Shown here piece by piece: positions 20,733 to 30,988 of a stretch of 32,000 bases of DNA. The position numbers and the translations under genes were made by a program. The stretch covers positions 392,809 to 424,808 of the forward strand of contig NZ_CP010546.1 in the NCBI RefSeq assembly GCF_001272835.1, read 5' to 3'. The notes under the pieces were generated by a model that worked only from the letters and a program-made list of their open reading frames with translations, ran no database searches and was not told where the DNA came from. Source of the stretch: Mycoplasmoides pneumoniae FH (GTDB taxonomy: Bacteria > Bacillota_I > Bacilli_A > Mycoplasmatales > Mycoplasmoidaceae). How positions within the stretch are numbered: the stretch's first letter is position 1; each line of letters opens with the position of its first letter.

Positions 20733-21467
20733 GTGCGTGAAATAAACGTTTATTATTTAAGCAACGACTCAAAAAGTGATAAAGACGATATCGATTATTT
20801 AATAGAAGAACTTTTAGTTGAAGGTTCTCGTTTTAAAAATAGTCTTGTTACGTTTTTAGAAAAAGAAAAAGACTGCCAATCTTGCATTTGTTTATTTAAA
20901 TCTAAGCTTTCTTCTTCATTCGAAATAAGAGTCAAATTTAATGAATTAAATTTAGATGCAAGTGATGAAAAAACTAAGGAATTTTTAAGATACATAGTTA
21001 GTAAATCAATAAACAATGCAAAATTCCTATCTTCTGAAGACTTTGATGACAAAAAAGAAGACGAAATTCTAAGCATCATTGAGAATACCTTTAATAGTTA
21101 TTGCTACAAAAGCGATTTACTAAGTCCAAGTTTGTATTGTAAAGAAGGCCGCTTGAACATAATTGATTTAATTAACGATATTTTTTGCAAGGTTTTAACT
21201 TTTCATAAATTGTCGAACGGAAATAAAAGACTAGCTACAGCCTTATTAGTTAATTTTCTTTACACTTTTGGATATTATTTCAAATGAACAATACCTCTTA
21301 AAAAAGAGGAATACTTTAAGTATGCTCACATGATCAAAAACTTTGTAGTTAGTTTTGAAGAACATAAAAGAGAAAACAGGGATGAATTTCTAGCAAAGCA
21401 AACAAAGAAATTTATCATGGACAACATCCTTTTAGCTCTCAATTTTTGAGAGACTAAATTAAATTAG
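20733..21467 (+). CDS. Fic/DOC-fold protein with a Doc-type active-site motif (244 aa)
   Basis: GTG 20733. The frame continues through TGA 21285 and 21447 to TAG 21465-21467. Motif HKLSNGNKRLATALLVNFLYTFG at 21204 onward matches the Doc signature Hx(F/L)x(D/N)(A/G)NKRxA (phage P1 Doc: HIFNDANKRTALNSALLFLRRNG). It does not match the AMPylating Fic motif HxFx(D/E)GNGR. Confidence 0.7.
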
Positions 21468-21504
21468 TTTTTCTAAAAAACAACAATTAGCTAAGAAAAG
21501 TTAT

Positions 21505-21999
21505 ATGGACAAAAATGCCTTAAGAAAACAAATTCTGCAAAAAAGAATGGCATTAAGTACCATTGAAAAAAGTCACTTAGATCAAAAGATTAATCAAAAA
21601 TTAGTTGCTTTTTTAACTCCTAAGCCATGCATTAAAACAATTGCACTTTATGAACCCATTAAAAATGAGGTTACTTTTGTTGACTTCTTCTTTGAGTTTT
21701 TAAAGATTAACCAAATAAGAGCTGTTTACCCCAAGGTAATAAGTGATACCGAAATTATCTTTATTGATCAGGAGACAAATACATTCGAACCTAATCAAAT
21801 AGACTGCTTCCTAATACCATTGGTAGGCTTTAATAAAGACAATTACCGTCTAGGCTTTGGCAAGGGCTATTATGACCGTTATTTAATGCAATTAACTAGA
21901 CAACAACCTAAAATAGGAATAGCGTACAGTTTCCAAAAAGGTGATTTTTTAGCCGATCCTTGGGATGTACAACTAGACTTAATTATTAATGATGAATAG
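21505..21999 (+). CDS. 5-formyltetrahydrofolate cyclo-ligase family protein (164 aa)
   Basis: The N-terminus KNALRKQILQKR is typical, and the C-terminal PLVGFNKDNYRLGFGKGYYDRYL matches the family motif. The stop overlaps the next start by 11 nt. Confidence 0.85.
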   Translation: MDKNALRKQILQKRMALSTIEKSHLDQKINQKLVAFLTPKPCIKTIALYEPIKNEVTFVDFFFEFLKINQIRAVYPKVISDTEIIFIDQETNTFEPNQIDCFLIPLVGFNKDNYRLGFGKGYYDRYLMQLTRQQPKIGIAYSFQKGDFLADPWDVQLDLIINDE

Positions 22000-22834
22000 C
22001 ATTAAATTCATTTTCCTAGGTGACGTCTATGGCAAGGCCGGACGTAATATTATTAAGAATAATCTAGCCCAACTCAAATCAAAGTATCAAGCTGATTTAG
22101 TCATTGTTAATGCCGAAAATACGACTCACGGTAAAGGACTTAGTTTAAAGCACTATGAGTTTCTAAAAGAGGCAGGCGTTAATTACATTACTATGGGTAA
22201 TCATACCTGGTTTCAGAAGCTAGATTTAGCTGTTGTAATTAATAAAAAGGACTTAGTGCGTCCTTTAAACTTAGACACCAGTTTTGCTTTTCATAACTTA
22301 GGGCAAGGTAGTCTTGTATTTGAATTTAATAAAGCAAAGATTAGGATAACTAATTTACTGGGTACTAGTGTGCCCTTACCCTTTAAAACAACTAATCCCT
22401 TTAAAGTTTTAAAAGAACTAATTTTAAAGCGCGATTGTGATCTTCATATAGTTGATTTTCACGCTGAAACCACCAGTGAAAAAAACGCCTTTTGCATGGC
22501 TTTTGATGGTTATGTCACAACCATTTTCGGCACCCACACCCACGTGCCTAGTGCTGATTTAAGAATCACCCCCAAAGGTAGTGCTTACATTACCGATGTC
22601 GGGATGTGTGGTCCGGGATTTGGTAGTGTTATTGGTGCTAACCCCGAACAGTCGATCAGACTCTTTTGTGCTGGTAGCAGAGAACACTTTGAGGTATCTA
22701 AATGCGGAGCACAACTCAATGGTGTCTTCTTTGAGGTTGATGTAAATACAAAAAAGGTGATTAAAACAGAGGCGATTAGGATTGTGGAGGACGATCCTAG
22801 ATACTTAAAACAAGACTACTTTAACCTAATTTAA
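21989..22834 (+). CDS. ymdB: YmdB-like metallophosphoesterase (TIGR00282 family, 281 aa)
   Basis: FLGDVYGKAGR, VNAENTTHGKGL, GNHTW, DFHAETTSEK and GTHTHVPSAD are the calcineurin-like metal-binding motifs in YmdB order. Confidence 0.85.
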   Translation: MMNSIKFIFLGDVYGKAGRNIIKNNLAQLKSKYQADLVIVNAENTTHGKGLSLKHYEFLKEAGVNYITMGNHTWFQKLDLAVVINKKDLVRPLNLDTSFAFHNLGQGSLVFEFNKAKIRITNLLGTSVPLPFKTTNPFKVLKELILKRDCDLHIVDFHAETTSEKNAFCMAFDGYVTTIFGTHTHVPSADLRITPKGSAYITDVGMCGPGFGSVIGANPEQSIRLFCAGSREHFEVSKCGAQLNGVFFEVDVNTKKVIKTEAIRIVEDDPRYLKQDYFNLI

Positions 22835-23545
22835 CTGGGTTACCTTATTTTCTGTTTTATTCAATAAACGGTGAATGTTTTTGCGGTGCAATCAAAACAC
22901 CGCAATTGTTAGTGGTCAATACCACAATACAAAGAAGAGAATAATGTACCAATCATTTTGGTAAGAGATCGCGTTTATTGGATTAGGCTTAAAAAAGTAA
23001 AGGTAATCTAACCAAGGCACTAGGATAATGATCGCTAAAATAAAGAAGGTAACTAAGCTAGCTAAAGAAACGTACTTGGTTATTAAAGTAACTAGCAATC
23101 ACAAAACTAAGCAAATAACAAATCACCACAGCGAAATTGCCAGCAAAGAACCGCCTGTAGTAGCGATGGCTTTACCACCTTTAAACTTAAAGTACAGTGG
23201 AAAAATATGACCAATGGTAGCTGCAAAACAACTTAAATAAGTGAGGTAATAAACCTTTTGATACTGGTTTACATTAAGGTATTGTTGTAACCAAAAGCTA
23301 AAGATTAAAAAGCTGAAAACAAACGCCAAAAACCCCTTTAAAGCATCACATAAACCAACTAAGAAGCCTATTTTCAAACCAAAAACACGGATTGAGTTAG
23401 TAGCCCCCGGATTCTTGGAGCCCAATTTCCTGACATCTTTGTTTAAGATCTTGCCAAAAACATCAGCAAACATCACTGAACCCATTAAATAGCCAATAAC
23501 AAGGCTAAAGACAATAAGTAGAGCGATGGCGCTAGCTGCGTTCAT
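22826..23545 (-). CDS. plsY: Glycerol-3-phosphate acyltransferase PlsY (239 aa)
   Basis: [13 protein letters not shown]...GYLMGSV...GSKNPGATN is the PlsY signature. The frame joins track ORFs 23123..23545 and 22916..23098 through TGA at 23123, 23099, 22916 and 22892 to TAG 22826-22828. Confidence 0.9.
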
Positions 23546-24191
23546 ATGCTTTAATAATTTTATTTAATACATGGATTACTTGACTATCAAACTGGCTTGG
23601 ATTTAACCGTGCTGTAAAGTTTTTTAGCAAGCCGTTGTAGTATTTCACTAACATTTGTTTATCAGTAAAGTTAACCAAATGCGGACCCAAGATCATTTGT
23701 TCTTCAGTTAAATACTGGGTTTGCGCCTTTGTTTTATCCACAGCTAAAACTAAGTAAATAAAACCACGTTCTTCAACTAGTGTTTCAGTGGTAATAGTTC
23801 ATTGATTAGCACTTAAAAAGCGGCGCAATTCAATGATGTTGGACTGCGGTTGGAGTACAAAGTGCTTTAAAAAGTTATTGTGCTGTGCTAGTATTTGCAT
23901 AATTTTCAACCCACCTAAACCAGCAATAACACCAACAGCAGGATCTAAGTTTAAGTTAGGTAACAGGTCAAACCCGTCACTGGTAATAAAGTGCATGTTA
24001 GTGTGATCTTTTAACAACCCTTTAGCAGCACCTAATGCATTAGCACTAATATCACTGTTAACGCCCACTAAACTAGGGTTTTGTTGAACTAGTTCACGTG
24101 CTAAATAGCCATGGCCACAACCAATGTCATAAAAGGCTTTGGGTTTTTGCTGTAAGACTAAATTAGCAATTGTGCTAATCCTTCTTTTCAT
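23532..24191 (-). CDS. trmK: Class I SAM-dependent methyltransferase, TrmK (tRNA m1A22)-like (219 aa)
   Basis: RISTIANLV....[16 protein letters not shown] resembles the TrmK/YqfN N-terminus. It joins track ORFs 23799..24191 and 23532..23741 through TGA 23799. The start overlaps the rpoD stop by 17 nt. Confidence 0.7.
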
Positions 24192-25674
24192 TTCCCCTCA
24201 TGAAGGAAAGGCTCATGTGGTTATTACGCACTGCTTGACGCAGTTTGCGAATGGCTTTGGTTTCTATTTGCCGAATCTTTTCGCGGGGAATCTTAATCTT
24301 TTGACTTACCTCATCGAGTGTTTTGGTTTCGTTGTAAGGTGGCATACCAATGCGCATCCGCACAATTAATTCTTCCTGTTCGGACAAACAGTTGTTTAAC
24401 AACTCATCAATCTTTTCGTAATTAGAACGGCTTTCGGTAAACTCATCGGGCATTTGGGCATCAGTATCACGCACAAAGTCACCGAACTGCGATTCTTCAT
24501 CGTGGCCCACTGTTTTATCTAAAGAAACAGGATCTAAGCTTAAACGTTTAATTTCAGCAATCTTTTTAACTGTAAACCCTTCAGCTTGACCACCCATTTT
24601 TTCCGCTAACTCTTCCGCGGTGGGTTCGCGTCCTAATTCTTGGTTTAAGGCACGTTCAGCTTTAGCTAAACGGTTAATAGTTTCCACCATGTGTACGGGA
24701 ATCCGAACCGTACGTGCTTGATCAGCAATAGCACGAGTAATCGCTTGTTTAATCCACCAAGTAGCATAAGTGGAAAACTTATTACCCAATGACCAGTTAA
24801 ACTTGGAAATGGCCTTTAAAAGTCCTAGGTTACCTTCCTGGATAAGGTCATTAAAATCCAATCCTCTTTCCAAGTGTTTTTTAGCAATGGAGACCACTAA
24901 CCTAAGGTTAGAGGTTACCAGTTGATTAATGGCATACTTGCGTGATTCTTCATCAGTACTGTTTAAAACTTTGGCAATTCGCTGCTCAGACTCAAAGTCC
25001 AACATCTTGGAAGAATCGAGCGAACCTAGAAAGAAACGTACGTTGTCATCAACCTTATCACGATTAGAGATGTTTTTGGTGGTTAATTCTTCAATGTCCT
25101 CGTCAATGATCGACAAGTCTTGGTTAGCACGGAACTCATGGATGTGCTCTTCCACATCATGTGGTAGTTCAATTCCCTTGTCACGCAGTTCATCCAAAAC
25201 AAAGATAATTTCATCATCTGGGAGTTCAAACTTGGACAAAACATTAACAATGTCCTTGTTGGAAAGCGAGTTATTGTCTTTCTTTTTGTTCTTTTTCTCC
25301 CACACCTCCACCAACAGGCTAATTACCTTGTTAGTATCATCATTTTCGGTATGACTCTTTAGAGAGCCTTCTAAAATATCAAACAGCTTAAGGTTGTTCT
25401 TTTCCTTTAAAGGTGCGTGTTTTGGCTTTCGACCGCGACGCTTCTTTGGTACATCACTCTCCTTGTTTTCTTGAAGCGTTTTTAAAAAGGCTACGTTTTC
25501 GTGTTTTTGTTTACGTTGTGCCTTAGTGTCAACGTAAATCATCTTTTTAAACGGACGGTTTTTACCGAGGATACGACTCTTTTTAAGTTCAGCAATGCGC
25601 TCTTCGTTAAGTGCTTGTTTTTGATTTTCAGTTTTAGGCTGAGGTTTTTTGAAATTTTTCTTTGGCGATGACAT
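24175..25674 (-). CDS. rpoD: Primary RNA polymerase sigma factor (sigma-70/SigA family, 499 aa)
   Basis: Region 2 [30 protein letters not shown]-type sequence (here ...[10 protein letters not shown]), region 3, and region 4 [28 protein letters not shown]. The stop is a true TAG at 24175-24177. Confidence 0.95.
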   Translation of the reverse strand: [499 protein letters not shown]

Positions 25675-25726
25675 TCAGTCTAGTGCGCACGCGTATACAC
25701 GCACGCCAAGTGGAATTGTACATTAT

Positions 25727-27589
25727 TTAGTGCTCAACCATGCTTTTAAAATATTTTAAAAGCTCTTTTTGTTTCACAATTAGTTGCCGAAAAAACTGTA
25801 AATCTTCCTCATAATCCTCAGGGTCATATGAGAGTGATTTGTTTAAAAAGAACTCCTTAATTTGCGCTAAAAAAGTTGTTGGAAACATTGCTTGTTGTTC
25901 CCCTAAAATACTGTTAAACACAGCCCAATCAGGCTCTTGCACCTTAGCTCAATAAAGCCGCGCTTTATCAATAAAAAGGGCAACATCAAACAACGGTGTT
26001 TGCAATGAAGCAAACAATTCATCTAAATCAGATTGCTTTAATTCGACTAAAAACTGCTTATCTAACAGTACGTAAGCGAAGATTTCAGCATGAAATACAC
26101 GTTCCTTGGTCTCCTTTCAGTTGTTTTCGACTAAAAACTCCTTGGTAATGGCAACCGGCTGCGATTCATTTCTAAAACTATTATCAACCACACCAACCAC
26201 TGATTCGTAAATCGGGGCTCTTTGGGTAAAAGTTGTAGTTTTATTAACTTTTACTTTGAGCTTTTGCTGCTGTAATTGTGTGAACAGTGTTTCCACATCA
26301 CTGTATTGCAACAATTGCTGTAATTTCTGACACAAAAAGCGGCTAAAGCTAGTGTCAGCTGTTACTTTCTGGTTTTGTGCAATAATGTCGATAACTTTAT
26401 TGACGGTAATCCGCTCATCAAAGCCCTTGGTTTTAAAGTAAGCCACTAAGTATTCCACGAGGTTTAAAACCCTGTGAGTCTTAGCTTTAACCGCATCACT
26501 ACCTTCAGCTAAAAACAACTCATCCCAGTCTTTGTAAGCGGCTTGGTTTCAATCGACCACTTCCACAATAATGCCGTGTGCGTTTAACTCTTGTAATAGC
26601 TTAAAAGTAGCATCGTGACCCGCTGTATCATTATCGAGTGCCAAGACCACTGTTTCTAGCGCTTTTAGTTGCTGTTGAAAGGCAATAATGTGGCTTTCAC
26701 TCAAGGCTAAACCCATTAAGCCCACTACATCACCAATCCCAGCGCTAGTAAGGGCAAAGACATCGAAGTAACCCTCAACTAAATACAGCTTTAGTGTGTT
26801 TTTATCAATCCGGTGGAAGTTAAATAACAATTCACTCTTCTTAAACCACTGGTGTTCTGCACTGTTTTTGTATTTAATCTTTTCCGTTTTTTGCAGTGCA
26901 CGCCCTGAAAAACCTACTGGATTACCCTTAAGGTCATGGATCGGAATCATAATCCGGCTCTTAAAGGTTGCATAATGCGTTTGTTGGTTAAAAAATCCTA
27001 AAGCTTCTGGGAATTTTTCAGTAGCAAAACAGAGCTCTGCCTTTTCAATTGCCGGGCTAATTCAGGGATAGTTTAAGAGACTGGGTAGAAAATACTGGTC
27101 TTCTAAAGTAAACGCTAAACCCAACTGAAAGCGTTCAATTACTTGAGGACTTAACTTTCGTGTTTCAGTTAAGTAAGTCAAACCCTGCTCTTTGGGCTCT
27201 AGCTTTAACCGGGTTTGATAGTAATCGACTAGGGCACTGTGTAGATCCCAATAGCGCTTTAACTTTGGGTCAACTTCCTTAAGGTGAAAGTTAACAGCGT
27301 ATTGTGAGTCAAGATTGAGAATACTAAGTGCCTTATTGAGCGCCGTTTTTCAATCTACCTGATCAATTTTTTGGATAAAAGCAATCCCATTACCGCCCAC
27401 CTGACACGAGAAACACTTAAAGATGTTCTTTGCAACTGACACCGTCATCGAGGGGTTTTGGTCAGCATGAAAGGGACAGAGTGCCACAAAGTCCTTCCCC
27501 TTCTTTTTTAGCTTAATGGCATAGTGCTCCACTATGGGAGCTATTTTGATTTGCTGTTTGAGCTGATCTAGGCTAGTGGGACTGGTCAT
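25727..27589 (-). CDS. dnaG: DNA primase DnaG (620 aa from ATG 27589)
   Basis: Zinc finger CPFHADQNPSMTVSVAKNIFKCFSCQVGG and TOPRIM region LVEGYFDV...LALDNDTAGHDA. One frame, hand-checked, joins four track ORFs through TGA at 27350, 27062, 26549, 26117 and 25949. I prefer ATG 27589 to GTG 27631 because it overlaps glyQS by only 17 nt. Confidence 0.9.
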
Positions 27590-28922
27590 CGTGTTGGGCA
27601 AACCAAGCCTTGAGCTCCTTGATTGGGACACGCACTTGCTTGAGTGAATCCCGTTCTCTGATGGTAACAGCTTGGTCTTCTAAACTTTCAAAGTCAAAGG
27701 TAATGGCAAACTTAGTGCCAATGGCATCAGCTTTACGGTACCGTTTGCCAATACTACCGGCGCTTTCAAAGCCAATCCGTCAGTGGGTTTGACTCAGCGC
27801 TTCAAATAATGTTTGTGCTGTTTCTTTGAGTTTATTGACTAAGGGCAGCACTACAATTTGTTCTGGACATAAGTGAAAGGGTAAACGTAACACTTCGCGC
27901 ATTTCCCCTTCCAACTGCTCTTGTTGATAGCTGCTAACAATCAAGGCATAAAACAAGCGCTCAATTCCCACCGAAGGCTCCACTACAGCTGGAATAAAGT
28001 GTTCGTTATTCTCTCCATCAAAGAAGTCTAAGGGCTTTTTGGCGTACTTTTGGTGTTGTTCTAAATCAAAGGTACCACGATCAGCTAAACCCCACAATTC
28101 CCTCAAGCCATGGGGAAACTGGAATAAAAAATCCACTGTTTTATTGGCATAGTGTGCTAATTCATTCTTGTCATACTCGTATTGTTTAACCAATGCTGGG
28201 TTTAATTGCAGTACCTTAAACAAAAAGTGAGCAATTGCTTGTTGTTGGCTTTCAAAAACGCTTAAACTGGCTTGAGGATTGCAGAACCACTCCATTTCAA
28301 ACTGTTCAAATTCACGAACGCGAAACAAAAAGTTTCCCGGGGTCACTTCATTGCGAAAGCTCTTACCAAACTGGGCTACGCCAAACGGTAAAGGACGCTT
28401 TTTGAGTTGTAACAGCTGTTTAAAGTTAATGAAGATGCCCTGAGCTGTTTCCGGACGAAGGTAAACCAGGCGTTTTTCGCTGTTGACAACGCCAATTTCA
28501 GTTTGGAACAAGAGGTTAAAATCGCGTACTTCTGACCAATTATTGGCCTTACAGTTAGGACAGTTGACCTGCTTTGGGTTTCACTGGGTGGCGCTTTTAA
28601 TTTGTTCATCCAAATGATCAACACGAAAACGCAACTTACAGCTCTTACAATCCACAAGAGCATCAGTGAAATTGGCTAAATGGCCACTAGCTTTTCAGAT
28701 CTGTTCGTTGAGAATAATTGGCGTGTCAATCAACAATACATCCCGCTTATTTTTAATGAAGAAGTTGTACAGTGCCGTTTTAATTTGTTGCTTTAAAACG
28801 GCACCCAACGGACCGAAGTCCCAGCTGTTGGCAAGTCCATTGTAAAGCTCACTACTTTGAAAGACAAAGCCATAGCGCTTGAGGTATTGCACATACACTT
28901 CTTGGGAATATACTTGAGCCAT
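27573..28922 (-). CDS. glyQS: Glycine--tRNA ligase, class II homodimeric type (449 aa)
   Basis: [62 protein letters not shown] and EPSVGIERL. One frame joins track ORFs 28695 and 27780 and continues through TGA 27780 to TAG 27573-27575. Confidence 0.95.
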
Positions 28923-28943
28923 AGTGTTAATTAATCTTAAAAA

Positions 28944-29672
28944 TTAGCTTTTTCATCCAAACAAGATAATCCCCACGGCAACACTAACATTGAGTGAGTT
29001 GAGCTTGGGATTCATCGGAATTTTGACCTTTAAATCAGCGTTTTTTAACAGTAGTGCATTTAAGCCCTTATCTTCATTACCTACCAGTAAAATGCGCTTG
29101 TCAAAGTCTACTTGGCGGTAATCTTTTGGCTTTAAGCGCTCATCTAATGTTGTAGCGACCGTTCAAAAGCCGTGTTTTTGCAGGGTAGTAATGGCATAAC
29201 TGAGGTTAGTAACCTGCACTAAGTTCTGGTAAAAGACAGTTCCCATACTGGTTCTAATAACGGTACTGTTAATGGGCGCCTGGTTATGCTTTTTAAAGAT
29301 AATCCCATCCACTTCAGCTGCCATACAGGTGCGCAAGATGGCGCCAAAGTTATGCAGATCTTGGATCTCATCGAGCATTACCAGGGTACTGGTGGACTTG
29401 CTGTCTGTAATTTGGATTAACTGCTCAATTGTTTTGAGCATTTGGTTAGGGTTGATTACACAAACAAATTCCTGGTGGTTAATGTGGCGAAACTGCTGGT
29501 GAAACCACTGGCTGGAGTGCATTTCATACCGCAATCCCCGTTTCTTAATTAAGCCCAACAGCTTTTGGTGCTTATCAGATAAATTGACCTTTTTAATTTG
29601 CAGTTGGTTATCTAACGCTTCCAAAAAGGCCTTACTACCAAATAAAAAACTGGTTTCTTGCATCCGCTTCAT
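28944..29672 (-). CDS. SpoU/TrmH-family RNA 2'-O-ribose methyltransferase, RlmB-like (242 aa)
   Basis: EIQDLHNFGAILRTCMAAEVDGII and, after TGA 29163, LLVGNEDKGLN...IPMNPKLNSLNVSVAVGIILF are SpoU motifs 1-3. The stop is TAA 28944-28946. Confidence 0.85.
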
Positions 29673-29674
29673 TA

Positions 29675-30988
29675 CTATAACAAACCTTTTTTAATTAGCT
29701 TTTGGCGCACTTCATCAGCCTTGTCTAACTGACCATTTTTGCGCAAACTAGCTCACTTTTTAATTAACTGTACATTGAGCTTAGTGTGGATCGACTTAAA
29801 GCCAATGCCCAAGATGTTTAAAGCTCACTCCAAATGGCTTAAATGTTCCTTTAAACCGCTCAAGTTTTGCTTGCTTACATCATGGTTAATTTGTTTGACT
29901 AACTTCCAAATGTGGGTAATGGCATTAGCAAAGTTGAGGTTATTGAGAAGTGCCTTAAACACCGGTTCAAACTGTTTGGGCGCGGGAATGGCGGATTGTT
30001 CAGAATACACAAACCAAGTGCGGCACACATTGACTGCCTTTTGGATCCTTTTAATATCACTGCAAGCTTGCTCTATTAAAGATTGGCTTAAATCCAACGG
30101 GTGGTAATAGTGTTTTTGATAGAACAATCAGCGCAAAATGCGAAAGTCATGGATTGTCAAAAAGTCAACTGCTAAAAGAAAGTTTTGCAGTGACTTGGAC
30201 ATCTTTTGGTTTTCAAACATTAAGTGGCCAATGTGCATCCAATGCTGCGTTAATGGTTTGTCATACAGTGCCATATGCATTGCGTTTTCGTTTTCATGAT
30301 GGGGAAACTTCAAATCCACCCCACCACCATGAATTGTCAACTGGTCTTTAAAGCTGTAATCAATTAAAAAGGCACACTCCACGTGTCAACCCGGCCGACC
30401 CCAACCTCACGGACTGTTTCACTTTACCCCAGCGGTCGTTTGTTTTCACAAAACAAAGTCCAGTTTATTGCGTTTGTCAGTAGCTTCATCCTCAATTGTT
30501 TCCACAACACGGTTGGCTAAAATACCATACTGGGGTAATTGGCTTACACTAAAGTACGTGTTGCCCAAAGGCGAAACGTAAGCAAAGCCCATTTGGACTA
30601 ACCGGGCAATGTAACCGGGCATTTTGTCAATTTTATCGGTGACTTGGAGGTGTTTAATCGGCAAAATGTTGAGCTTTTTCAACAAGCTTTTGTAAGCGGT
30701 GATTTGCTGTTTGCACAACTGCGCTTCACTAATTTCCTGTTGCTGCGCGATCTTGATAATCTTGTCGTCAATATCAGTGATGTTTTGGACAAACTGCACC
30801 TTGTACTGCGCTGCTTGCAACACCCTTTGTAGCACATCAAACACAATTAAGGGACGGGTATTGCCTAGGTGCAAATCATTGTAAACAGTCGGTCCACACA
30901 GATAAATGTTAATTTGCTTTTGTTCTAATACCACGCTCTGATTGCTCACCGTGTCAATGAGGGTAAATTTAGGTTCAAATTGGTTCAT
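29675..30988 (-). CDS. cysS: Cysteine--tRNA ligase (437 aa from ATG 30988)
   Basis: CGPTVYNDLHLGN (the HIGH region), WGWGRPGWHVECAF, HGGGVDLKFPHHENE and KMSKS. One frame joins track ORFs 30446, 30128 and 29825 through several TGA codons to TAG 29675-29677. Confidence 0.9.

Noticed and set aside
24929-25354. A 141-aa ORF lies antisense to rpoD.
   Set aside because: It sits entirely inside the strongly supported sigma-factor gene. Its product is Ser/Leu-rich and low in complexity, as expected from the complement of a Glu/Lys-rich region.
27590-27631. GTG 27631 was a possible dnaG start, and TTG 31024 a possible cysS start, as the track implies.
   Set aside because: In-frame ATGs at 27589 and 30988 give N-termini of typical length before the zinc finger and the HIGH motif. 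They also reduce overlap with the upstream gene from 59 and 56 nt to 17 and 20 nt. This remains unproven without N-terminal data.
28376-28663. A 95-aa minus-strand ORF overlaps glyQS in another frame.
   Set aside because: The GlyRS frame is continuous here ([28 protein letters not shown]...). The alternative frame has no recognisable similarity.
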